Below are positions 56,156 to 63,536 of a stretch of DNA of 64,000 bases, piece by piece. The notes under the pieces were generated by a model. That model was not told where the DNA came from and ran no database searches. It saw only the letters and a list, made by a program, of their open reading frames with translations. Each line of letters starts with the position of its first letter. The first letter of the stretch is position 1. The translations under genes and the position numbers were made by a program. Location: contig LFCO01000001.1 in NCBI GenBank assembly GCA_001189165.1, forward strand, positions 10,987 through 74,986, read 5' to 3'. This stretch comes from Parcubacteria bacterium C7867-005 (GTDB lineage: Bacteria; Patescibacteriota; Minisyncoccia; Phycocordibacterales; Zambryskibacteraceae).

Positions 56156-56662
56156 CTACGAGGTGGCCTGCTTGGTGGGGGATCCAGTCCACCAAGAACG
56201 GATCTGTTCCACGAACCCGATGAAGTAGCCGATGATACAGAAGATGATCATCACGGCGACGGCCACTGGTCCGAGGATGAAGGACACAGTTTCCATAATC
56301 CAGAAATGGAAGTGCCCTCTGTTCATCTCGAAGTACACTTCTTCGTGGAGACCCTTCTCTCGGATCTCTTTGAAGGAGTAGTTCCGCTTGCTTCCGCCGA
56401 AGAACCCATCATCCCACACGGCCATCATGATCTCGATGTCGTTGAAACGATGTACCTTGCCACCCGGGAGGTGGCAGAGCATGTCATCGGTAAAGCACTT
56501 CAGGATGTCTGTCCAGGAATCGACCTCTCCGCCGTTCACGACGAAGGAGAGGAAGCTCAGGATGTACCATCCGAAGAGCGAGACGCCGAGCCAGCCGAGC
56601 ACGAAGAGGATCTGGAGCCAGAGCGACCAGCTGACGAAGGTGTCGAGCATGTTCGAGAGCAC
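56156..56662 (-). CDS. GC-rich hypothetical membrane protein (3 TM)
   Basis: 168 aa; N-terminal and C-terminal hydrophobic helices. Confidence 0.4.
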   Translation of the reverse strand: MLSNMLDTFVSWSLWLQILFVLGWLGVSLFGWYILSFLSFVVNGGEVDSWTDILKCFTDDMLCHLPGGKVHRFNDIEIMMAVWDDGFFGGSKRNYSFKEIREKGLHEEVYFEMNRGHFHFWIMETVSFILGPVAVAVMIIFCIIGYFIGFVEQIRSWWTGSPTKQATS

Positions 56663-56794
56663 GGGGTCTCCGTTTGTGGAGGGAGGGGGAACTCAAGTCC
56701 TATCTGAAATTACCTTATATATAACAAGTGGTCAATATTAAATAACTTAGTCAAGTTTATTGACTATTCAAGACGGAGGAGTAATATACTCGAC

Positions 56795-57142
56795 TAGGCA
56801 GTACGTTTGGGGTAACTGGTCATACTTGCCGCTAAGAGAGAGGCTGGAGCTAAGCTTAACGAGGGCACTTCCCAGTTAACCCTAGTTGAGCTAACTCGAT
56901 TCCCAGAAGGGGGAAATTCCGGAGAATGCTCCTACGGACCCCGACGCAAGTTAAGGTGGTTGTGAACTGAGGCTTTACCACCGAAGACGACGCGAGCGAT
57001 GTTCTATCGCTCAGGGACAAGTCACCAAAAGCTGGATGACGCCATCGCAAGTGGCAAACATCAATGAGGGGTAGCGCCCTTACCAGCATAGACTAAAAGC
57101 GACCAGACCCACCTGGGGCACACCGAAACATTGGTGTGCCCC
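56795..57142 (+). ncRNA. candidate structured ncRNA (~350 nt), class unknown; partial resemblance to the RNase P RNA P4/P5 region (GGGGAAATTCCGGAGAATGCTCCTACGG vs GGAAAGUCCauGCUCgcACGG)
   Basis: No ORF >77 aa; promoter TTGACT-17-AATATA (56760-56788) overlapped by inverted repeat tagtcaa-gttta-ttgacta; several internal hairpins; strong terminator ggggcacacc-gaaacat-tggtgtgcccc + T-rich (57105-57142). Confidence 0.35.
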
Positions 57143-57229
57143 TTGAACTTTTATATAAGTCCATCTTTTGTTGTTTTTGGAATAATACGTGATTGAATTG
57201 AGGCCAGAATTAAAGTATTCTGGCTACAT

Positions 57230-57300
57230 TGGGGGATCGTCTAATGGTAGGACAGAAGCCTTTGAAGCTTCTAATCTTGGTTCGATTCCAAGTCCCCCAG
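57230..57300 (+). tRNA. tRNA-Gln (anticodon TTG)
   Basis: U1-A72 acceptor TGGGGGA/TCCCCCA typical of bacterial tRNA-Gln, anticodon stem-loop GAAGC-CTTTGAA-GCTTC, T-arm CTTGGTTCGATTCCAAG. Confidence 0.85.
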
Positions 57301-57347
57301 CCAGTTTGAGGTAGGTTCAGAGTTCGAGGAGCATATAAATAACTAAT

Positions 57348-58064
57348 ATGAAAGAGATCCAAGAAGATATAAATAAATTTAAAGAATTTGAATCAAAGGA
57401 AGTTAATGCTGCCATTAAGGAATTAGAAGGCATTACAACTGAATCAAACAGGAAACATTTGCAAAGACTTGTTTATGTTAACTTGGTTAACCGCTTCGAT
57501 GCTCTTGTTGATAATTTGTTGCTTAAGTTTTCAATACTTGACGGCCTATTTAAAGTAAAGGTCTTGCAAGAGACAAAGGGTGAAGAAGTATTTCTCAAGG
57601 ATATTTATGAAATTTTGCTATCTGAAAATCCAAAAAATGCCGTACAACAACGAGTAGAAAATGTAGCTAGAGGTAAATTTTTAAGCCAAAGACACTCTTT
57701 AAAACTAAGAACCCTTTTATTTTTTTGCTTTTCTTGGCCAGAGACTGATCTTGATAGGCCGAGAGTTTTCACTAATAATGGATCAATCTTTGTCGACAAT
57801 AAAAGATTAAAACCTTATCAAATACCAGACACTGTAATTGGGTATGCTGATTGGTTGTATGCTAGACGTAACGCACTTGTGCATGGCGATGGAAAAAAAC
57901 TAGCTTCAAAAGATCTGGGATTTATGCAACAAAAGTTTGGTGCGAAACCCGCCTCTACGATAAGTTTGAAAATATCTTCAATTAAATCTGCTGTTCGGTT
58001 TTATAATGATCTATGCGAAGCTCTTTCAGTGCCCCAAGACTTAGTCCGAGGTGCATTAGAATGA
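57348..58064 (+). CDS. hypothetical protein with HEPN-like Rx4H motif (LYARRNALVHGDG); possible HEPN-family RNase / Abi-like protein
   Basis: 238 aa; AT-rich; all-alpha-like composition; RNxxxH motif near the C-terminus; 48 nt downstream of tRNA-Gln. Confidence 0.4.
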   Translation: MKEIQEDINKFKEFESKEVNAAIKELEGITTESNRKHLQRLVYVNLVNRFDALVDNLLLKFSILDGLFKVKVLQETKGEEVFLKDIYEILLSENPKNAVQQRVENVARGKFLSQRHSLKLRTLLFFCFSWPETDLDRPRVFTNNGSIFVDNKRLKPYQIPDTVIGYADWLYARRNALVHGDGKKLASKDLGFMQQKFGAKPASTISLKISSIKSAVRFYNDLCEALSVPQDLVRGALE

Positions 58065-58156
58065 TTAAATATTTAATTGATAAAAGCCTTATAGGGTCTC
58101 ATTGGAAAATTAACGAACCCGAGGAGGCAGCCAAGTTTTGATCTATAATTGATTCT

Positions 58157-58696
58157 ATGAACTTTTATGTGGCAATTGAGATTATTGGTTCTCTTGTTTA
58201 CTTAACACAAAAGATTCTTCTAAGTTTTAGTAAGAGAGTTGGCTGGGTATTGGGGATCATGGGTTCTGCTGCTTTTGCGACTGTAACTTTCCATAAAGGT
58301 TCTTATGCATACGGAATACTTGAAGTTACAAGTGGTATAATTTTTTTCTTTGGATTGATTTTATGGGGTAAGTCTGGCGCGAAAGAAAAATGGATGACGT
58401 TTGCAATGAGTACTGTAGCCATACTCGGTATTATTTTGGTGTCAGTTCTCAATCTTGGATCTCCAAATTGGATACTTGAGACTTTAGTGGTGATACTTTT
58501 TGCAATTGGGGCGATTTTTCTTGTTCTCAAAAAACCAATAGGTTGGTTCCTATATGGACTAGGACATCTAGTACTAACCATATACGCTTACCAACTTGGG
58601 ACTTACTACATTATGATCTTGCAGGTAGTGTCTTTACCCTTTGCTTTTATCGGTTATAGGAGGTTTGGGTTGGTTAATCTGGTCCGATATTATTAG
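58157..58696 (+). CDS. PnuC-like nicotinamide riboside transporter family membrane protein (6-7 TM)
   Basis: 179 aa polytopic protein; N-terminal IEIIGSLVYLTQKILLSFSKRVGWVLGI resembles the PnuC helix-1/2 pattern (IEAVGTIAGLL..WLAS.EKISNYFFGLI); by-eye only. Confidence 0.4.
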   Translation: MNFYVAIEIIGSLVYLTQKILLSFSKRVGWVLGIMGSAAFATVTFHKGSYAYGILEVTSGIIFFFGLILWGKSGAKEKWMTFAMSTVAILGIILVSVLNLGSPNWILETLVVILFAIGAIFLVLKKPIGWFLYGLGHLVLTIYAYQLGTYYIMILQVVSLPFAFIGYRRFGLVNLVRYY

Positions 58697-58711
58697 TGTT
58701 AATATGACGAC

Positions 58712-58951
58712 ATGAGCGATATTGAAATTTGTCCAATTTGTAGGAAGTCGTACTCTTCCAGAAACCCAAGAGTTCAGTATCATCTCCAATACAAACCAAC
58801 CGGAGAATGGATTTATGCATGTAGGCTATGTAATTATGCTGAGCATCTTTCTAGACCGAGAAATTGGAAAGGGTGGTATAAACCATGGATCTGGTCTCGT
58901 ATAAAATTGACTAGAGAGTTCGCTAAAGCCAGTCCACATTTAACTTATTAG
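58712..58951 (+). CDS. small zinc-ribbon protein (CPIC...CRLC)
   Basis: 79 aa; two CxxC pairs; Trp/Lys-rich C-terminus. Confidence 0.35.
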   Translation: MSDIEICPICRKSYSSRNPRVQYHLQYKPTGEWIYACRLCNYAEHLSRPRNWKGWYKPWIWSRIKLTREFAKASPHLTY

Positions 58952-59086
58952 ATAGACGCATTAGATATGTGGCTTAAGGTGCTGAAATTTAGCTAGTCCC
59001 GTCAAGTGGGGCTTGGTCCACTGGGGGTTCTAGCTCGAGACGGCTAGCAAATACTTGAAGTTTTAACTTTTGGTATAGTTAGTCAC

Positions 59087-59557
59087 ATGGCAAAAGTATG
59101 TGACCATACAAGTGTTGGAATGCTCGTTTGGAAAGAGGGGAAACTCCTTCTCATCGAAAGGAGGAAGTTTCCCTTTGGTTTTGCTATACCTGCAGGCCAC
59201 GTTGATGAAGACACAAGCTTTGAAAATGCAGCGATACGAGAGCTCAAAGAAGAAGTTGGGCTTGATGCAATAGATCTAGAACTAGTCATAGAAGGCAGAA
59301 AAGAAAATTTATGCAGGCGAGAAGACGGCTCTTGGCATTTCTGGAAAATATATAAAGTTGATAACAAAGGAGAACTAGAGCCAAGTTCTGAGGAGACAAA
59401 AAGAACGGGTTGGTACTCAAGTGAAGAGATCCAGAAATTAGGAGAGCGTACAGAAAAGTATCTGGCCGGGGAGATTTCTGATGAAGAGTGGGAGGGTGAT
59501 CCAGGGCTCGAACCAGTGATGTATAATTGGTTTAAAGAACTAAACATAATACGATGA
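59087..59557 (+). CDS. Nudix hydrolase
   Basis: Nudix box AGHVDEDTSFENAAIRELKEEVGL (REUxEExGU). Confidence 0.8.
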   Translation: MAKVCDHTSVGMLVWKEGKLLLIERRKFPFGFAIPAGHVDEDTSFENAAIRELKEEVGLDAIDLELVIEGRKENLCRREDGSWHFWKIYKVDNKGELEPSSEETKRTGWYSSEEIQKLGERTEKYLAGEISDEEWEGDPGLEPVMYNWFKELNIIR

Positions 59558-59964
59558 TGAAAATAACAATTTGTGGATCCATGAAATTTAATGACAAGTT
59601 CCTTGAACTAAAGAGCGAGCTGGAAGCTGTTGGCCACGAAGTCCTCATGCCGGTGGCCGTGAGCGGTCTAGATTATTGGGAGGATGATGGTACGAAACGT
59701 ATTGAGGCGAAGAAGGGTCTCGGACTCGTCGGGAAACATTTAGACAAAATTACCGAATCTGAAGCTATTCTGGTGGCAAATTATACTAAGGGAGACATTG
59801 AAAACTATATTGGGGCCAATACTTTTCTTGAGATGGGTTATGCAAAATATAAAGATAAAAAGATCTTTACTATCAATCCTTTACCTAACCAAAAATATAT
59901 TGATGATGAGTTGTTATCTTTTGAACCTGTTGTTTTGAATGGAGATATTTCTAAGATTGTATAA
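59554..59964 (+). CDS. nucleoside 2-deoxyribosyltransferase-like (Rcl/NDT family) protein
   Basis: MKITICGSMKF Rossmann-like start and GANTFLEMGYAKYKDKKIF matching the NDT catalytic-Glu region (G.AFE.GYA...KP); 4-nt overlap with the Nudix gene. Confidence 0.55.
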   Translation: MMKITICGSMKFNDKFLELKSELEAVGHEVLMPVAVSGLDYWEDDGTKRIEAKKGLGLVGKHLDKITESEAILVANYTKGDIENYIGANTFLEMGYAKYKDKKIFTINPLPNQKYIDDELLSFEPVVLNGDISKIV

Positions 59965-60058
59965 CCTAAATTAGCATGTCATCAATTGGGGGCTATCTGA
60001 CTGGCTAAATAAGTTAATTTAAAAAATCCAACTTCTGCATTGACTAATTATTTTATAA

Positions 60059-60622
60059 TTGTATAGTCGGAGGTGTAGCGAGCTCATCCTGAGAGAGCTA
60101 CAAAACCTTAAGGAGGGTGACCCTATGGGGAGCCTTGTCAGTGAGACACCTTTCTCTGAAGTTTCCGCGACCATGGAGCTCCTTGCCAAGCATGGAGTCG
60201 AGAGGGAGGATCTGGTGTTCTTTCGTAGGTACCACAATGGGTTCGCGCCCAGCGTGGCGAATATGATCAAGAGCGGTCGAATGCTGTTCGCCCAGGCCAT
60301 GGGTCCTAACGAAGAAGCGGGGCTGTCTGCTGTCGCTCAAATAGTGGATCGTCGAATTCTCTACGACATCGCGATGTATCCCGACAGTCTCACTTCTGTA
60401 AGGATCGCTGCTGTGGGCAAACTTCCGCAGTCCGAGCTCTACGACGTGGCCCGGATCACCTGGGAAGCAGAAGTTGCAGAAGCGGCAATGCTCCACCTCG
60501 ATGCCGGATACCTCAGTATGTTGTGGGGGTGCGACTCGATCGGAGCTGGGCTCAATCGAGGTGTGATCCACAGGCGATGGGAGGAGCTAGAAAATCAGCG
60601 TCTTCAGAAAGGTCGTCGCTGA
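60059..60622 (+). CDS. GC-rich hypothetical protein
   Basis: 187 aa; no motif; followed by terminator agtccggatc...gatccggact + tttt (60641-60700). Confidence 0.35.
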   Translation: MYSRRCSELILRELQNLKEGDPMGSLVSETPFSEVSATMELLAKHGVEREDLVFFRRYHNGFAPSVANMIKSGRMLFAQAMGPNEEAGLSAVAQIVDRRILYDIAMYPDSLTSVRIAAVGKLPQSELYDVARITWEAEVAEAAMLHLDAGYLSMLWGCDSIGAGLNRGVIHRRWEELENQRLQKGRR

Positions 60623-60815
60623 GTAGGTTCCATGTAGTCGGTTGTTATCTCAGTCCGGATCCCACATAACACTTGTGGTGATCCGGACTTTTTGTATAAA
60701 CATATAAGCCTATATCACAGTAGGGCGGGCAACTTGACTTTTACAATTCGACGAGACATAATAAAAAAGTTCCTTTCAATTCATTATTCACATTCATTAT
60801 TTAATTTAGTTCACA

Positions 60816-61130
60816 ATGCCACACAAATCTAGCGATAAAATAATCGGTATTTGGAAATTTTCCCACAAAGTCAGCCCAGAGACTCTGGCTGAAGTAGCAG
60901 AAAAATGGGCAACAGAGGATTCTAGGTACGAACACCTGTATGTCAGACAGGTATCCAAGGATCAGCACGGTATAGGTTTCGAATATCGAGCATACGAAGG
61001 GATAGATTCTGAGAATCACAAACAGAGTTACGACGAGTACTTCGAAAAAACAACAGACAAACTTAAGAGAGAATTCGGTAATGATTTGGCTGGTTGGGAC
61101 ATCTCTTCCAGCTCATACGTTATCAAGTAG
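60816..61130 (+). CDS. hypothetical protein
   Basis: 104 aa; promoter TTGACT-17-CATAAT upstream (~60745-60775); terminator aaataccccgcaaggggtatttt downstream. Confidence 0.4.
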   Translation: MPHKSSDKIIGIWKFSHKVSPETLAEVAEKWATEDSRYEHLYVRQVSKDQHGIGFEYRAYEGIDSENHKQSYDEYFEKTTDKLKREFGNDLAGWDISSSSYVIK

Positions 61131-61249
61131 TAGTTTAAATAATTGAAAGGAATCAAAATACCCCGCAAGGGGTATTTTGTTTTGGTTGTTTTATTTGCTA
61201 CAGCATTCATTTCCTAGCAATAAAATAAATTTGACTCAGTGGCATATTC

Positions 61250-61588
61250 GTGATTTTATTGCGAAAGAAGTATAAACCCACCGCGACGAGGTGTCGGATG
61301 CCGGACAGTAAGCAGGACATCAAGACGTTCGTGAATCATAGCGGGACGTGGTCGCACGACGGTCCCTTCTCGGTGGAGCTCACCCCAGATGCAAACAAGC
61401 TCATCGCTCCACCCGGAGCACGGATCGAGGGAGACACCCTCCACTTCCGTAGTGGGCGAGTGAGTCAGTCCGTTGGTGGTATCCAATTCTTCTCAAGCGG
61501 GAAGCACTTCTACTGGGGGTACAAGTTCCTCAAGGTCATCCGGGACGGGGCCGGCAACCTCCTTTGGGTGAACGATAATTACCGGTGA
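61250..61588 (+). CDS. GC-rich hypothetical protein
   Basis: 112 aa; likely start MPDSKQ at 61298; followed by repeat-terminator copy 1. Confidence 0.3.
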   Translation: MILLRKKYKPTATRCRMPDSKQDIKTFVNHSGTWSHDGPFSVELTPDANKLIAPPGARIEGDTLHFRSGRVSQSVGGIQFFSSGKHFYWGYKFLKVIRDGAGNLLWVNDNYR

Positions 61589-61605
61589 CCTCGATTCGAA
61601 GTGTC

Positions 61606-61638
61606 TAAGCCGATCCTAACAGATCGGCTTTCTTGTAT
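61606..61638 (+). repeat. terminator-hairpin repeat, copy 1 (taagccgatcctaacagatcggctttcttgtat)
   Basis: 31/33 identical to the 62510-62541 copy; 9-bp stem aagccgatc/gatcggctt + T-rich. Confidence 0.7.
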
Positions 61639-61755
61639 ATAAATCCAACGGATATTCATGAGATGTGAGTAATTGACAATGTATCTTAAGCATGTTATTT
61701 TTTTGAATAGACGTAGTTATCTTGATACAACACCACTTCACCCGAGGACCGCTCC

Positions 61756-62508
61756 ATGCTTTCCGTATTGGTCGTTCTCCTGTTTGGTTGGCTCGTCTCT
61801 GCGGTGGCCGTCAAGCAGGCCAGCTACATCCTCATCCACGGTTCGATCTTCGAATCGCTGAGGAACTGGATCGAAGATGGCATGCACAGAGAGTGGTTCG
61901 GGTTCGAAAAGCTCAGAGAGCTTTTCACCTGCCAACTCTGCATGACCACGCAGGTGAGCATCTGGTTGGTGGCGATACCGCTCCTACTCTCGGGGAGGGT
62001 CCCAGCTGTCGGATTCGTCGAGACTGTCGCCGGTTTCGCCGTGACGGTTTTCGCGGTCTCTGGACTTGCGATCTGGTTCTGGAATCTGTCCGAGTCCGGG
62101 CCCAAGAGGCTCGAGGCTGATCGTAAACGCTACGACCAGATCATCATCTCGCTACGTAAGGAGATCTCCTCTGGCGCCCCGCCCGAGCAGACATCGGCCC
62201 CGTCGAGTTACATGGATCGAGAGATGTTCGGTCGTTTGCTCGACCACATCGAATCAGCATGCAAGGGGCATGGGTGTGGCTATAGCCGAAGGGATTGCCG
62301 ACGCGAAGAAGCACGCCAATTCACTGTCAACCAGATGCGCTTGGGCATGCTCGCTCAACGCTTCGGAGTTGAAGTGCTTCTCGGCGCCCTCGACGAGACG
62401 CTCCCGGAGTACTTCAGGTTGAGGTGGCGCAACAAGAGCAGTTCGTCCCACCTGAATTCATTCAGGGATAAGGTCTTCGCCAGACTCACCGCGATCACCA
62501 CCCCATAA
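61756..62508 (+). CDS. GC-rich membrane protein with N-terminal DUF1360-like domain (FTCQLCMTTQVSIW) and Cys-rich cytoplasmic tail
   Basis: 3 TM; CxxC between TM helices resembling DUF1360 SCPFCxGxW; bracketed by near-identical terminator hairpins. Confidence 0.45.
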   Translation: MLSVLVVLLFGWLVSAVAVKQASYILIHGSIFESLRNWIEDGMHREWFGFEKLRELFTCQLCMTTQVSIWLVAIPLLLSGRVPAVGFVETVAGFAVTVFAVSGLAIWFWNLSESGPKRLEADRKRYDQIIISLRKEISSGAPPEQTSAPSSYMDREMFGRLLDHIESACKGHGCGYSRRDCRREEARQFTVNQMRLGMLAQRFGVEVLLGALDETLPEYFRLRWRNKSSSSHLNSFRDKVFARLTAITTP

Positions 62509-62509
62509 C

Positions 62510-62541
62510 AAGCCGATCCTAACCGATCGGCTTTCTTGTAT
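62510..62541 (+). repeat. terminator-hairpin repeat, copy 2 (aagccgatcctaaccgatcggctttcttgtat)
   Basis: See copy 1. Confidence 0.7.
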
Positions 62542-62575
62542 GGAAATTTAAACACGCTAGTGCTAGTGTGTTTAT

Positions 62576-63520
62576 GTGAAATTTGACCCCAACCTATTCA
62601 TTAAGACGACCTGCACTAGCCTACAGGAGTTCAAGGGGGGAACAGTTTTGGTGACTGTTTCTGGTGGTGTGGACTCTTCCACTTCAGCAGCCCTAATTCA
62701 AGAGGCGGGGATAGATAGTAAATTAGTTTTTATCGATACAGGATTTTTAAGAACTAATGAAGCTGAATCAGTAAAAAGATATTTTGGAAGCAAGTTAATC
62801 GTCCTTAATAAAAGTAAGCTCTTCTATAAGGCACTTAAAAATTGTCATAATTCTGAAGAAAAAAGAGAAGTATTCAGACATCTATATTTTAAGATCATTA
62901 AGGAGTACGTGTTGAAAAATAATATTCCTGCGATTGTTCAGGGCACACAATTTCATAAAACAAGCACCAAGCGCTATCACAACTCGCCAACGAAAGATTT
63001 TTTAACTCTTCCAATAAAAGTTATAGAACCAGTGAGGGGATTATCCAAACCTCAGATAAGGCTCTTAGCAAAGAAGTTAGGACTGCCTGATGAAGTAGTG
63101 AACAGACGCCCCTTCCCGGGTCCGGGTTTACTTATAAGGTTCGGTGGTAATTACACTCCTAGAAAATTAGACTTAATTAGAAAAGCTACGGGTATTATCG
63201 ATAAGTTGATAGAAAAAGATAAAAATAAATACAAAAGATGCTACCAGATATTTCCTTATATTTGTGAGGAGCTGGCCCCATATGTAAACAAAGAATCCAG
63301 AGGGGCAAAAGGACACATCGTATTGATTAGAGCCTTAGAAGCAAAAGATTTAGATGGGGAAATTATTTACACACCTTTTATACTACCTGGGTCTACACAA
63401 GAGGAAATTGTAGGTTTACTGATGAAGATAGATGGTATAAGTAGGGTGTGTTTCGACATGACGCCTAAACTTGGTTCAGGTAAAAAAGTAAAACCCGGTG
63501 GTACCATTGAATATGCATAG
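62576..63520 (+). CDS. PP-loop ATP pyrophosphatase, GMP-synthase-C-terminal-domain-like (GuaA subunit-B-type)
   Basis: SGGVDSS PP-loop; C-terminus ...KPGGTIEYA resembles the GMP synthase dimerisation tail (...PGTIEWE); AT-rich. Confidence 0.55.
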   Translation: MKFDPNLFIKTTCTSLQEFKGGTVLVTVSGGVDSSTSAALIQEAGIDSKLVFIDTGFLRTNEAESVKRYFGSKLIVLNKSKLFYKALKNCHNSEEKREVFRHLYFKIIKEYVLKNNIPAIVQGTQFHKTSTKRYHNSPTKDFLTLPIKVIEPVRGLSKPQIRLLAKKLGLPDEVVNRRPFPGPGLLIRFGGNYTPRKLDLIRKATGIIDKLIEKDKNKYKRCYQIFPYICEELAPYVNKESRGAKGHIVLIRALEAKDLDGEIIYTPFILPGSTQEEIVGLLMKIDGISRVCFDMTPKLGSGKKVKPGGTIEYA

Positions 63521-63536
63521 CTCTTCAAACGTTTTA

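Noticed and set aside
56795-57142. tmRNA at the ncRNA candidate next to tRNA-Gln
   Set aside because: The 3' end is a plain terminator hairpin, not a tRNA-like acceptor/T-arm; kept as unknown-class ncRNA instead.
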